Positions 18,274 through 28,710 are shown, counted from the first letter of the stretch. The stretch is DNA of 64,000 bases from Candidatus Brocadiia bacterium (GCA_050015075.1 JBEKCB010000017.1:34498-98497); one strand, 5' to 3'. Program-made: numbers and translations. Notes: a model not told the origin generated them from the letters alone.

Positions 18274-19668
18274 ATGAAGAAGGCCATCGTCGGGGTTCTG
18301 GCGTGTGCGCTGGCGGTTGCGTTCGCCGCGTGCGCCTGGATGGGCATTACGCAGCACAACGGGTCATGCTGGGAATCCTCCACCATCGTTCGCGTGGAGG
18401 GACCGGGCCTGACTGCGGGGAACTTCTCCCTGGGTTACATGCGTTGGTTGACCGCGCCGGCTGATGGAAATCCAGGCGCGCTGCTGGTACGGGACGGCGA
18501 CCTGCTGTATGTCAAACTGGAGGGGAAAGATGCCGATAAAGAAGACTTCATCGTTCCGTGGAGGCTCGACGACGGCGCGAAACTGTCGCTTAAGATGGAG
18601 GGCCCGTGCCTGATTCTGGGCGAGCGGGTCGTTTCGCTCGTCCTCGGGAAAGATGCGGCGGGTTGGGACTGGCTCGCCAAAGCCTCGAAGGGGGACTTGG
18701 CCGCGCTGCAGTTCGTCAAGGTTGACGGGGCGATCCCGGACGACCGGTATGGTCTGTTCGAGAAACTAGCGCAGGTCAACCCGCACGTCGGCCTTGCGGT
18801 GCCCGGCAGCGCAGTCCTGGCACGCGTGCCCTCGCTTGATCCGCGCTTTCTCATGCTGGAGGACGGCCCGGTCGCGCAGGCGGACTTGGACGCGCTTGCG
18901 AAGCGGAACGCAATTGAGACCCTCCAGCTCAGTCTGGAGAACGCGGATTTGAATCTCCAGGGACTCGCGGCGCTGCCGAAGCTGCGCCGGCTCATGCTCG
19001 AGAAACATGAATCGGCGAAAACGGCCCTGCCCGACTTGCCGCGCCTGGAATCGCTTACTTTCTATGATAGCACTCTCCAGGATCTGACGCCGCTCAAGCC
19101 GTTGACCGGGCTGAAGGAATTGAACATCACTCTGGGTACCACGATCAGCCTCAAGGGTATCGAAGCGCTGCCGCAGCTTCAGGAGGTGGGCGTTAATTGC
19201 AAGGATAAAAAGGCGCTGGATTGCGCCCCGCTCGACGGCCTGAAGCGGCTTCGATGGTTGGCGCTCGGGCCGTGCGTCTCGGCCGACGAGTTCGTGCGGG
19301 TCGTTCAAACGCATCCGGACCTTCAAGTGGTCGAGGTTTTGGGATGCGAGGGGATCAAAAGTCTCGCGCCGTTGGCGAGCCTGCATGAGCTCAAGGCGCT
19401 GGTCTTCCTGCCGACTCCCGCCGAGAAGGACAATGAAGTCTCGATCGAGCCATTCAAACAGATGAAGCAACTCCGCCTGCTGGTCCTTTCGGAGGAGGCG
19501 TTCAAGGAAAAGCCGGGCGACTTGGCCGAACTGCGCGCCGAATTGCCCGGTTGCGTCATCGCCGAGGGTGAGCCATTCTGCCTGGGCTCCGGCCGCATCC
19601 TGCTGCTCGTCCCGGCGGTGGCTTTGGGGTGGCTGTTCATCGCCGGACGGCGGAGTCGGGCGGCATGA
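18274..19668 (+). CDS. Secreted leucine-rich-repeat protein with C-terminal Cys-motif/TM/basic tail
   Basis: Signal peptide, LxxLxxLxxLxL repeats, ends PFCLGSGRILLLVPAVALGWLFIAGRRSRAA. Confidence 0.8.
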   Translation: MKKAIVGVLACALAVAFAACAWMGITQHNGSCWESSTIVRVEGPGLTAGNFSLGYMRWLTAPADGNPGALLVRDGDLLYVKLEGKDADKEDFIVPWRLDDGAKLSLKMEGPCLILGERVVSLVLGKDAAGWDWLAKASKGDLAALQFVKVDGAIPDDRYGLFEKLAQVNPHVGLAVPGSAVLARVPSLDPRFLMLEDGPVAQADLDALAKRNAIETLQLSLENADLNLQGLAALPKLRRLMLEKHESAKTALPDLPRLESLTFYDSTLQDLTPLKPLTGLKELNITLGTTISLKGIEALPQLQEVGVNCKDKKALDCAPLDGLKRLRWLALGPCVSADEFVRVVQTHPDLQVVEVLGCEGIKSLAPLASLHELKALVFLPTPAEKDNEVSIEPFKQMKQLRLLVLSEEAFKEKPGDLAELRAELPGCVIAEGEPFCLGSGRILLLVPAVALGWLFIAGRRSRAA

Positions 19669-20324
19669 GTTCCGGCCGAACGCAACCGCTTCTGGAAGCG
19701 CTGCTGGCCGCGGCGGGAATGGTCCTCTTTGCGCTTTTCGTCCGAAGCGGCCCGCCGTGGAGTCTTGTCTCCTGCCTTGGATTGGCGCTGACGGCGCTGG
19801 CGGTGCTGCTGTCGCTGCGCCGCGAGCGGACGATGGCCGGCCTTCTCGGCCTGGTGCCCTTCGGCAGGCGCGCCGCGTTCATGGGACTTCTCGGCATTGG
19901 GCTGGGGCTCGGGTTCGGGTTGCTCTTTCGATGGAAGTTCGGGCTGCACTGGTTCCCGGGCGCGCTGGGGCCGTTCGCGCCGGTGGCGGGGGCCATCGGC
20001 GGCGTCGAAGAACTGCTCTACCGTGGATACGTGCAGGGGCGTCTGAACCGGATCAACGGCGTCCTGGGCGTGATCGGCGCCGCCGCCGCGCATACAGCGT
20101 ACAAGACTGCGCTGTTCCTGCCGCCTGTCCTGGGCCCGTCGAGCGGCCCGCCGGCCGGCGTTGACGTGGACTGGCGCGTCCTGGTGTTCTGGACGTTTTC
20201 AGGTGGCCTGATCTTCGGCGTGTTGAGGCAGGTCGCGCGGAATGTTGCCCCGGCGCTCGCGGCGCACGTCGCTTTCGACGTGGTCGTGTACGGCGAGCTT
20301 GCCCGCGCGCCGTGGTGGGTGTGA
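19665..20324 (+). CDS. CPBP (CAAX/Abi) family intramembrane protease
   Basis: EELLYRG, AAAH and AHVAFD motifs; multiple TM helices; ATGA overlap with the LRR gene. Confidence 0.85.
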   Translation: MSSGRTQPLLEALLAAAGMVLFALFVRSGPPWSLVSCLGLALTALAVLLSLRRERTMAGLLGLVPFGRRAAFMGLLGIGLGLGFGLLFRWKFGLHWFPGALGPFAPVAGAIGGVEELLYRGYVQGRLNRINGVLGVIGAAAAHTAYKTALFLPPVLGPSSGPPAGVDVDWRVLVFWTFSGGLIFGVLRQVARNVAPALAAHVAFDVVVYGELARAPWWV

Positions 20325-20482
20325 AAAACAAGTTGCTTTTGCCCCCTTGACATGCGATACTTTGATGAGGCGCGTCGCGTGCTGTCCGGCGGAACTCAGG
20401 GTTCCGCCAGCCGAAAGTGCGCCCGTTCGATGACCCGGCCACCAGGGATCGGGTCGCTGTGCTTTTTGTCAGGAGGCCGACG

Positions 20483-20821
20483 GTGGGGAAGAAATTGTAC
20501 GTGGGGAGCCTTAGCTATAATGTGACGAGCGCGGAATTGCAGAAGCAGTTCGCCGCGTTCGGCACGGTGACCAGCGCGGATGTGGTGATGGACCGCGAAA
20601 CCGGCCGGAGCAAGGGCTTCGGTTTCGTGGAGATGAGCACGGAAGAGGAAGCGAAGGCGGCGATTACCGGGCTGAACGGCAAGGAACTCGACGGACGCTC
20701 GATCATTGTCAACGAAGCGCGGCCGAAGCCTGAAGGCGGCCGTGGCGGCGGCGGCGGTGGCGGCGGACGCGGCGGATTCGGTGGCGGCGGTGGCGGCGGC
20801 GGACGCGGACCGCGGTACTAG
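20483..20821 (+). CDS. RRM RNA-binding protein with Gly-rich tail
   Basis: KLYVGSL (RNP2), SKGFGFVEM (RNP1); AGGAGG SD before GTG. Confidence 0.95.
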   Translation: MGKKLYVGSLSYNVTSAELQKQFAAFGTVTSADVVMDRETGRSKGFGFVEMSTEEEAKAAITGLNGKELDGRSIIVNEARPKPEGGRGGGGGGGGRGGFGGGGGGGGRGPRY

Positions 20822-20854
20822 TCCGCTTCGAGCGAGTCGTTCCGCAGAAATAGG

Positions 20855-20921
20855 CGGGGCGGTGCGCAGGTTGATCCGGATCGTTTCGGACCCGGAGTGA
20901 CCTGCACCGCCCCGTTTTTTT
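20855..20921 (+). terminator. Rho-independent terminator
   Basis: cggggcggtgc...gcaccgccccg followed by T7. Confidence 0.65.
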
Positions 20922-20995
20922 ATTTCAGGTCCCGGCGACCAGCCGCGCGCTGGGATATAATTATTACAGGAGGGGTAGTTGCAAAGGAGACAAAC

Positions 20996-22117
20996 ATGGA
21001 TATGCTGAAAATCCCATCTTTCGCGTCGGGCTTGGCGGTATTGCTCCTGCTGAGCAGTTGCGGGGGCGGCATCGACAGCCATACGGCTCGCGCTGAGGAC
21101 AAGACAGGAGGGGCGCCAATGGAAGAAGCCATTTTTGCGGGCGGATGCTTCTGGTGCATGCAGGCGCCGTTCGAGAAGCTCAAAGGCGTTTCGAGCGTCG
21201 TCTCCGGTTATACCGGCGGTGCAGGCCAGAACCCGACTTACGACGATTACGCGGAGAAAGGCCACGTCGAGGCGATTGACGTGACGTTCGATCCGGCGCA
21301 GATTACGTATTCTCAACTTCTCGACGTCTTCTGGCGGCAGATTGATCCCACCGACGCCGGCGGACAGTTCGTGGATCGCGGCCCTCAGTACCGGTCGGCC
21401 ATTTTCTACCTCAACGATCAACAGAAACTTCTGGCGGAGAAGTCCAGACAGGACCTCGCCGCGTCCGGGAAGTTCGACAAGCCGGTCGTCACCGAAATCG
21501 TCAAGGCCTCCGTCTTCTACAAGGCCGAGGACTATCACCAGGACTACTACAAGAAAAACCCGATCCGGTACAAATTCTATCGCTCCAGGTCCGGGCGCGA
21601 CGATTACCTCGACAAGGTCTGGGGCAAGGACCGCAACGTGAGTGAGTCGCACGCGAGCGCCCAGGGATTCTCCAAGCCCACCCTGGCGGAGCTCAAGAAG
21701 AGCCTGACCGCGATCCAGTACAAGGTCACGCAGGAGAGCGGCACTGAGCCGCCGTTCAAGAACGAGTACTGGAACAACGAGCGCGCCGGGATCTATGTGG
21801 ACGTCGTTTCCGGGGAGCCGCTCTTCTCCTCGCTGGACAAATTCGAATCCGGCACGGGCTGGCCGAGTTTCACGCGGCCGCTGGAACCGGGCAACATCGT
21901 CGAGCGCGAGGACAACTCGCTCTTCTCGAAGCGCACGGAAGTTCGCAGCAAGGGCGCGGATTCGCATCTCGGCCACGTCTTCGACGACGGGCCCGCGCCG
22001 ACCGGACTGCGCTACTGCATGAACTCCGCCGCGCTCCGGTTCATCCCGAAGGAAGACCTGGAGAAGGAAGGCTACGGCAAGTACCTGCCCGTCTTCGACA
22101 AGGCCGCGGCACACTAG
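20996..22117 (+). CDS. msrAB: Bifunctional methionine sulfoxide reductase MsrA/MsrB with lipoprotein-like signal
   Basis: [37 protein letters not shown]; LLLSSC lipobox. Confidence 0.92.
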   Translation: MDMLKIPSFASGLAVLLLLSSCGGGIDSHTARAEDKTGGAPMEEAIFAGGCFWCMQAPFEKLKGVSSVVSGYTGGAGQNPTYDDYAEKGHVEAIDVTFDPAQITYSQLLDVFWRQIDPTDAGGQFVDRGPQYRSAIFYLNDQQKLLAEKSRQDLAASGKFDKPVVTEIVKASVFYKAEDYHQDYYKKNPIRYKFYRSRSGRDDYLDKVWGKDRNVSESHASAQGFSKPTLAELKKSLTAIQYKVTQESGTEPPFKNEYWNNERAGIYVDVVSGEPLFSSLDKFESGTGWPSFTRPLEPGNIVEREDNSLFSKRTEVRSKGADSHLGHVFDDGPAPTGLRYCMNSAALRFIPKEDLEKEGYGKYLPVFDKAAAH

Positions 22118-23430
22118 CCGCGCCGGCCGCCGTGCCACCGCGCGAGGCGGGCGGGCGATACGCCGAGCAGGCAGCCGCAGATCAGCACTTGGTTCAGGCA
22201 GGTCTGCCGGAGCACGCCGTGTTGCACCCAGCGCCGCGCGGAGGTCAGCGCGGGCGCCGGGACGATGGCGATGCGGCCCCGGCATTTCAGCCGGCGCACG
22301 AAGTTGAAATCCTCCATGACCGGAATTTCCGGGAACCCGCCGCTTTGCCGGAACGCCTCCGCCGTCAGGAAGAGCGCCTGGTCGCCATACGGCATCTGCA
22401 GCCAGCGCGAGCGCGCGTTGGCGAGGCGCTCGATCATGCGCAATCCGCGGCTCGCCGACTCGATGCGCAGCTCGAACGCGCCGGCCACGACTCCTTCCAG
22501 GCACAGCGTCCAGCGCACGCTTTCGGCGAAATCATTCGGCAGGCGCGTGTCGGCGTGAAGGAAAAGCAGTATCGGCGACTCCGCCCTCGCTGCGCCGAGG
22601 TTCATCTGGCGCGCCCGGCCCGGCGGGCTGGAATACGCGTGCGCGCCGGCGGCCAGCGCGCGGTCGAGCGTCCCGTCCGCGCTGCCTCCGTCCACAACGA
22701 TCACTTCGATGCCGCCGACGGCGCGCAGCTCGGATATCCGGTCTGCGATCTGCGCCGCCTCGTTGAGCGTTGGGATGACGACGGAGATATTCGCCCCGCT
22801 CAGACGAGAAGGAGAGCGCTTCTTCGCCTCCTCCCAAATCGGAAGGTCCTCCGGCCGATCCACGTCCGGTAGCGGCTCGAGGAGGCGGACTGAAAGGCCG
22901 AGAGATCGGGCGCGATCGCGCGTCCGCTCGAGTACGGAATCCGTGCTCCAGGGCATGTCGGCGAACAGCGCGGGCGCCGGCCGGCGCAGCCCGATCAGCC
23001 AGTAACCGCCATCGGTCGCCGGCCCAAGGACGAGGTCCGTCCTGCGCAATGCCGCGAGCGCCGCGCGCATGACCGGCGCATCCAGACCCGGGCAATCGGT
23101 TCCGACCAGCACTACGCGGCCGGCGCCGCGCGAAAAGGCGTCGCGGAACGCGGTCTCCATCTTCACACCCAGGTCGCCTTCGCCCTGCGGCTGGTAATCC
23201 ATCTCGCTGCCGAGCCACTCACGCATGCGGTCGGCGGTTCCGCCGGCGAACCGCACTTCCAGAGCGACGCGCTCCCGTCGCGCGACCTCGCGCGCGTGCG
23301 AGATCGTGTGGAGCACCATCTGCCGCTGCAAATCCGCGGCCCCGTCCGCGCCGAGGACGGGAATAAGGCGCGTCTTCGACGCGCCAGGCTCAGGCCAGCG
23401 GGTAAACACGATCAGTGTTGATTCAGGCAT
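22114..23430 (-). CDS. Fused rSAM/selenodomain-associated glycosyltransferases (TIGR04282-like plus TIGR04283-like)
   Basis: N-half [31 protein letters not shown]; C-half [34 protein letters not shown]. Confidence 0.88.
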   Translation of the reverse strand: MPESTLIVFTRWPEPGASKTRLIPVLGADGAADLQRQMVLHTISHAREVARRERVALEVRFAGGTADRMREWLGSEMDYQPQGEGDLGVKMETAFRDAFSRGAGRVVLVGTDCPGLDAPVMRAALAALRRTDLVLGPATDGGYWLIGLRRPAPALFADMPWSTDSVLERTRDRARSLGLSVRLLEPLPDVDRPEDLPIWEEAKKRSPSRLSGANISVVIPTLNEAAQIADRISELRAVGGIEVIVVDGGSADGTLDRALAAGAHAYSSPPGRARQMNLGAARAESPILLFLHADTRLPNDFAESVRWTLCLEGVVAGAFELRIESASRGLRMIERLANARSRWLQMPYGDQALFLTAEAFRQSGGFPEIPVMEDFNFVRRLKCRGRIAIVPAPALTSARRWVQHGVLRQTCLNQVLICGCLLGVSPARLARWHGGRRG

Positions 23431-23553
23431 GCAAATTGGATTCGTTTTTTCAAATCGCCTTTCGCGCGTTATCTGGTACCACGCCAGCATCTTACGACTT
23501 CTCATGCACACATATCACTACTCCAGTGTATCATAATATTTCTTATTTGTCAA
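23431..23553 (-). promoter_or_regulatory. Promoter-bearing dispersed element, copy 1
   Basis: TTGACA (23553-48)-N17-TACACT (23530-25), extended -10; 27-bp core 23431-23457 is identical to 47387-47413. Confidence 0.75.
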
Positions 23554-24071
23554 GCGGCCGGCGCGATTTTCACGGCGCCGGGCGAGCAGCCTGTTGCCGC
23601 AGCTCACACTGAAGACGCCGGTTCAGACATATCTTTTCCTGAAAATATGTTTCCGTTTATCCAGTTGCTCATAGCCCTTCACCGGTAAAACGTTCGACTC
23701 TGTACACGAAGAACAGAGTGTATCGGCGCTTGTTCAATAATGACCCAGCATGTAAAAAGACGCGACGCAACTTTTTGGGTCAATGCCGGCTATGACCTTG
23801 CTGCGGCGCTGGATCGCGGTAATTGGGCGAAAGCACCGAGAAGGCACGGCCTTTGCTACAAGCCATACCTGGATAGTTTTATCGTTCAGGAATGAGGCAT
23901 CTTGAATTGTGAAAGGAGGAATCGAGCGCAGTGAGAAAGCTTGTTCAAGAGATGCTGCGGAAACATGCATTCGCGGCCTTGGAGCGTACCATACTGGCGA
24001 GGAAGTCCACGACATCCGTGAACCGCCGGCTATTCGGGAGACTTCGGTTCCAGGGAAAAGGAGGATAGGAT

Positions 24072-24500
24072 ATGAGGCACATCGGGATCGCACTGCTCGT
24101 CGTCACAATGGTATTCGGATTCACCGCCGTGGCGCAGGCCCAACACAGGCAGCGCGGCGAGGGCGGGCAATACCCGCCGCCCTGGCAGGAAGGTCACCGC
24201 ATGGTCGCCCGCGCCGTAGGTCAAGTGACTGGGATCAGCGGCAACACGCTCACCATTTCAGCCACCGTTAATGGTCAGGCGCAGGTCGTGGTTGTCACCT
24301 TCGACAGGCGGACGCACTTCGGCGCCGCTCAGGAGGGCAACGCGCAATCGCAGGTAGGCGCAGGGTCTCAAGGGAATGCGGTAACATCCGCGGACGTCCT
24401 GGTTGGAGAGACGGTCAAGGTGTATTACACTGTGGGCGACGACGTCGCCGAGACGGTCATCATCATCTCCGCGCCGGCGGGAGCGGGCGATCTGACGTAA
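24072..24500 (+). CDS. Secreted hypothetical protein (OB-fold-like)
   Basis: Signal peptide ending AQA; GQVTGISGNTLTI...DVLVGETVKVYY; SD upstream. Confidence 0.65.
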   Translation: MRHIGIALLVVTMVFGFTAVAQAQHRQRGEGGQYPPPWQEGHRMVARAVGQVTGISGNTLTISATVNGQAQVVVVTFDRRTHFGAAQEGNAQSQVGAGSQGNAVTSADVLVGETVKVYYTVGDDVAETVIIISAPAGAGDLT

Positions 24501-24717
24501 ACCTGCCGAAGTGAGCGCGCGTTACGCTGGAGGCAGGGCAGCTTGAGCAGCATCGGGCCACCGGTGGTGGCGGTGCAGCGGGCCTCTTCCCGACTGCGCA
24601 TCCGTCACCGGTGGTAAACGGTCGGCCTTCCACCATGACGGCACGACGAACTCATGGATTCCCGCTTCCGCGGTTTGCCCGCCGCAGGAGCGGGAATGAC
24701 TCTTCCGCAACGGCCGG

Positions 24718-25656
24718 CTACGTCTTGTGCAGGACGCCGGCGCCGTTCTCGGCGATCTCGAGGACCGCCGCCAGCAGCAATTGCGTGCTGCGGACCAGGT
24801 TCTCGAGGTTCACGCGTTCGGGGATGTCGCCGGGCAGGTGGTATTCCGTATCGCGGCCGCCCCCCATGTTCATCACCGTCGTGCGAAACCCCGCCTTGAT
24901 GTACATGCCGTCATCGTCGTTCACATGCGCCTTGAAATGAGTTTGCACGTTCAGGCCGATGCCGTAACGGGCAGCGCAGGACGCGATGAAGTCAGCCAGG
25001 GGCTTGCCTTCGTCGGTGCTGTACGCGATGCCATGCATCAGCTTGCCGGCGAGCATCTCCGCGTCCGACCTGGCGTCCAGCAGGTCCTGGTTCAATACGG
25101 CGATGAGCCGGTCGCCGCGCGCGGCGGCGGCTTCGGCCGCGGGGCGGCTCGTCCACGGCACATGCTCCTCGTTGCAGAAGAGGAAGCGGACCGAGCGCTT
25201 CAGATCGCAGGCCGCCAGAATCCGCGCTATCTCCAGGTTGGCCACGGTTCCGGTTCCGTTGTCGTGCGCGCCGGGTGAATCTATCCAGCTCATGGAATCC
25301 TTGTGCGCGATCAACTGGACGATCTCCTCAGGCTGCCCGCGGCCTAGGCGGGTCGCTTCGAGGTTCGCTGCGTCATACCAGGGGTCGCTCGGCTCGGGCA
25401 TAGAGAACCAGGAACTCGACGGCTGCTTGGTCTTGTCGCAGCGCCAGGCCTGGACTTTGTAATGGGTGGCCGCCACTTCGTAACCGGCCGACTTGAGCAG
25501 GCCGCTGATATATTTGTCGGCCTCGTCCAGCGAGCAAACGCTCTGGCCCGGCCGGGTATAGTTCACTTTGCGGAACAGCAGCGGGTCTCGGCAGAGGTAG
25601 AACAGATCGCGGCGGATGCGGTCGGCGGACACCTTCTGAAGCGCGTCTCGGATCAT
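24718..25656 (-). CDS. M28 family metallopeptidase
   Basis: AHKDS, PGAHDNGTG, NEEH, DD and YH motifs; GGAGG SD. Confidence 0.85.
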   Translation of the reverse strand: MIRDALQKVSADRIRRDLFYLCRDPLLFRKVNYTRPGQSVCSLDEADKYISGLLKSAGYEVAATHYKVQAWRCDKTKQPSSSWFSMPEPSDPWYDAANLEATRLGRGQPEEIVQLIAHKDSMSWIDSPGAHDNGTGTVANLEIARILAACDLKRSVRFLFCNEEHVPWTSRPAAEAAAARGDRLIAVLNQDLLDARSDAEMLAGKLMHGIAYSTDEGKPLADFIASCAARYGIGLNVQTHFKAHVNDDDGMYIKAGFRTTVMNMGGGRDTEYHLPGDIPERVNLENLVRSTQLLLAAVLEIAENGAGVLHKT

Positions 25657-25937
25657 CGCTGAACCTCCTGGCCAATCGCGGCGACGCCGCGAAACGGTTG
25701 TCGGACTCAACGGACGAATGGCGGGGACACTGAACGCTCGGCCGGACTATCCCGCTTGACCGTCTTCCGGAGGACCACCAGGTCCTCGCACGATATTCTA
25801 CGCTTGGTGCGTCGGGTGTCAACTCCACTTTCGATAATAGAGGGCGGTGGGGCTGCTGAACAAGTCTCGTCGTCATTCCCGCGAATGCAGGACGGCGATT
25901 CATGCTTGCGGCGGTCCGCACTTCTCGGGCGTCCTGC

Positions 25938-26102
25938 TCAGCGGTAGCGCGTAAGCCGGGGAGGACGTTCTTGATAGGCGGCGTAGAGCTTCCGCCACGA
26001 CGGTTTGATCCGTTCTTCGAGGAGCGGACGCTTGAGGTTCCACGGGATGAAATATCCCTCGGTGAAGCGACCGCAGAGCGGACAGAATCGGTCGAATGTC
26101 AT
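25938..26102 (-). CDS. Small CxxC protein coupled to the radical SAM gene
   Basis: MTFDRFCPLCG..., 54 aa, ATGA overlap. Confidence 0.35.
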   Translation of the reverse strand: MTFDRFCPLCGRFTEGYFIPWNLKRPLLEERIKPSWRKLYAAYQERPPRLTRYR

Positions 26103-27061
26103 GTCTTCAGCACGAGCGCTCCGCCGCAGGACGAGCCGGGGCCGGCGGTGCAGCCGTAGCAGTGGTCGCCGGTGGTGATGCGCCGCCGCGCCAGCATGCC
26201 GCCGTCGAACCGCCGCAGGTGGCTCGGCGCGCCGTGGTTCACCGGACAGCCTAGGGCCAGGTTGAAGTCGCAGTCGTAAAGCGTGCCGTCCCACGCAACG
26301 CTCAACTGGCGGCGGCACATCAGGCCATCGAGCGTCTGCGGGTTGAACGCCGCACGCAGGAGTTGCAGGTATTCCTCTTCCTGCCCGTCGCGGCGGAGCA
26401 AGTCGCGGAAGCGGCCGAGCGGCATGTTGGTGATCGTCAGGAGGCGCGTGAAGCGGATGCCGAAACGGGCGTCCAGTTCGCGCCGGTAGTCCGCTTCGAG
26501 CGCGGCCTGGCCGCCCGGCAGGAATGCGCCGCCGGGGTTGTAGACCAGGTTCAAGGTCCGGCGCTCATCCACGCCATAGCCGAGCGCGTTCAGCCGGCGC
26601 AGAGCGGCGACGCTCCGCTCATAGACGCCCGCGCCGCGCTGCGCGCGGACGTTCTCCTCGGTATAGCACGGCATCGAGGCGACGAGTTGGACTTCGTGGC
26701 TGCCGAAGAACTCCGGCAGGTCCTGCATGCCCGGCTCGAGGAGCACCGTCAGATTCGTCCGCACCTGCACGGCGAATCCGTCGCTGCGGAGCTGGGCAAC
26801 GAACTTCCGAAAATGCGGGTTCAACTCCGGCGCGCCGCCGGTGACGTCCACGAGCCGGCAACGGCAGTTTCGGGCCGCGCGGAACACCTGCTCCATCGTC
26901 GGCCAGGGCATCGCCTCGGCCCTTGCGGGCGATGCGTCCAGATGGCAGTGCGCGCACGACTGGTTGCACCGCAGGCCGAGGTTGACTTGCAGCGTCCCGA
27001 CTTCCACCGCGCAGATCGGCTGGCCGAGCGCCTTGGTGCACGACTGCTCGAATGAGTCCAT
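26099..27061 (-). CDS. arsS: Radical SAM/Cys-rich protein (ArsS/TIGR04167-like, arsenosugar synthesis)
   Basis: LQVNLGLRCNQSCAHCH, TGGAPELNP, ASMPCY, LMCR, YDCDFN, HCYGCTAGPGSSCGGAL. Confidence 0.85.
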   Translation of the reverse strand: MDSFEQSCTKALGQPICAVEVGTLQVNLGLRCNQSCAHCHLDASPARAEAMPWPTMEQVFRAARNCRCRLVDVTGGAPELNPHFRKFVAQLRSDGFAVQVRTNLTVLLEPGMQDLPEFFGSHEVQLVASMPCYTEENVRAQRGAGVYERSVAALRRLNALGYGVDERRTLNLVYNPGGAFLPGGQAALEADYRRELDARFGIRFTRLLTITNMPLGRFRDLLRRDGQEEEYLQLLRAAFNPQTLDGLMCRRQLSVAWDGTLYDCDFNLALGCPVNHGAPSHLRRFDGGMLARRRITTGDHCYGCTAGPGSSCGGALVLKT

Positions 27062-27261
27062 TCGCGGTCCTCTCATTCCGATTCCGATTCGTTATGCACC
27101 TTTCAACCTATCACCTGCGGTGGCGCGAGTCAATAATTTTGCCGGCGGGACTTGGCGCCGTGAGAGAGCCTGAAGGCGGCGTGAAGGAGTTGAGCAGGAG
27201 GATCGAGCAGGTCAAAGCCGCCGTCGGCGCGCGATGATCGGCGCTCAACGCCGGGACTCGT

Positions 27262-28710
27262 TCAGCGCGGCGGCGCGCCCGGAGAGCCGGGCTTCGCGGC
27301 CTGCGCGCCTTCGGTTTGCCAGCCGCCGCCGAGCGCTTTATAGAGTTGCACGACGGTGAGCAACTGCCCGAGCTGCGTCCGGGCCAGGGCGGTCTCGGCG
27401 GGGAAAATCTGCTGCTGAGCCAGGAGGACTTCGTAGTAGCTCGCGCGCCCGGCGCGGAAGCGCTCCATGGCGACGCGGACGGCCTCGCGATATGCGGCCA
27501 CGGCTCGGGCCTGCTGCTGCCGGACCTCCTCGAACTTCTGCCGCGAGATCAGCGCGTCGGAAACTTCCTGCAGCGCGCTCAGCGCGGTCTGCTGATACTG
27601 GAGCTTCGCCTGTTCCCACGCCGCTTTGGCCTGGCGATACTGGGCGCGGAGCAGGCCGCCTTGAAAGATGGGGCCGACCAGGGTGCCGCCGAGCGACCAG
27701 GCGTTCCACGTGCCATTGGTCATGGCGGGCAGGCTGGGAGCGACCCGGCCCAGGAAACCGGTCAGGTTAATCTGCGGAAAGAAATCGGCCTTGGCGACGC
27801 CGATCTGCGCGTTGGCGGAGCGGAGCAACTGCTCGGCCTGGCGCACGTCCGGCCGCCGTTCGAGCAGGGCGCTGGGCAGGCCGGCGGGGACTTCAGGCGG
27901 CAGCGCCTGTTCCAGCAGCGCCGCGCGGTGTGCGACTTCGCGCGGGCTGCGGCCGAGGAGAATGCTGATCTGGTTCTCCTTGATGGCGATCTGGCGCTCG
28001 AGTTCGGGTATGCTCGCGGAGGCCGATTCGAAAAGAGCCTCGGCGCTGTCGGTCTCCAACGTTGACGCAACGCCTCCTCCGAGACGGTCCTGGAACAGTT
28101 TCAGGCTCTGGGCGAATGAGTCGGCGTTCCGCCGGGCGATGGCCAGTTCTTCATCGAGTTCGAGCAGCTCGAAGTACGCCGTGGCCACGTCGGAGACGAG
28201 CGTCAGCACCACGCCGCGCCGCGCTTCCTCAGTCGCGAGGAACTGCGCGCGCGCGGATTCGGTGAGCCGGCGCACGCGGCCCCAGATGTCCAGTTCCCAG
28301 AGAACGCTTCCCGTGAAGTAGCCGGCGGTGCTGTTGGTGCCGCTGGGATCAGGCTGGCCGTAGAACTCGTCCCGCCCGAAGGTGAGGTTCCCCTGGTAGG
28401 AAAACCACGGGAACAACTGCGCGCGCGCCTCGGCGACCATGGCGCGCGCCTGCTCGACTCGGGTGACGGCTACGCGCAGGTCGAAGTTATCGGACAGGGC
28501 CGCGCGGATCAGGCCGGTCAGCGTCTCGTCCTTGTAGATATCCCACCAGGGCAGGTCGGCCAGCGACTGGGCGGCGGCGGACGCCTGCGCGCCGCGGAAG
28601 TTGTCGGGCATTGGAGTTTCGGGCTTCCGGTAATCCGGTCCCACCGCGCAACCGGCAAGGAGCATGACCAGCGCGGCCGCCGCGGCCATCGCTTTCCTGG
28701 GCAAGGTCAT
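27262..28710 (-). CDS. RND outer-membrane factor lipoprotein (NodT/OprM-like)
   Basis: LAGCAVGPDY lipobox, WELDIWG, PSALLERRPDV, LYKALGGGW. Confidence 0.92.
   Translation of the reverse strand: MTLPRKAMAAAAALVMLLAGCAVGPDYRKPETPMPDNFRGAQASAAAQSLADLPWWDIYKDETLTGLIRAALSDNFDLRVAVTRVEQARAMVAEARAQLFPWFSYQGNLTFGRDEFYGQPDPSGTNSTAGYFTGSVLWELDIWGRVRRLTESARAQFLATEEARRGVVLTLVSDVATAYFELLELDEELAIARRNADSFAQSLKLFQDRLGGGVASTLETDSAEALFESASASIPELERQIAIKENQISILLGRSPREVAHRAALLEQALPPEVPAGLPSALLERRPDVRQAEQLLRSANAQIGVAKADFFPQINLTGFLGRVAPSLPAMTNGTWNAWSLGGTLVGPIFQGGLLRAQYRQAKAAWEQAKLQYQQTALSALQEVSDALISRQKFEEVRQQQARAVAAYREAVRVAMERFRAGRASYYEVLLAQQQIFPAETALARTQLGQLLTVVQLYKALGGGWQTEGAQAAKPGSPGAPPR

Noticed and set aside
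23600-24070. AT-richer segment with short ORFs (23734..24093 minus, 23740..23895 plus)
   Set aside because: No motifs or clear SD; cannot support a gene call.
26099-26160. Selenocysteine in the radical SAM C-terminus
   Set aside because: The motif reads GSSCGG with a TGC codon; no in-frame TGA.
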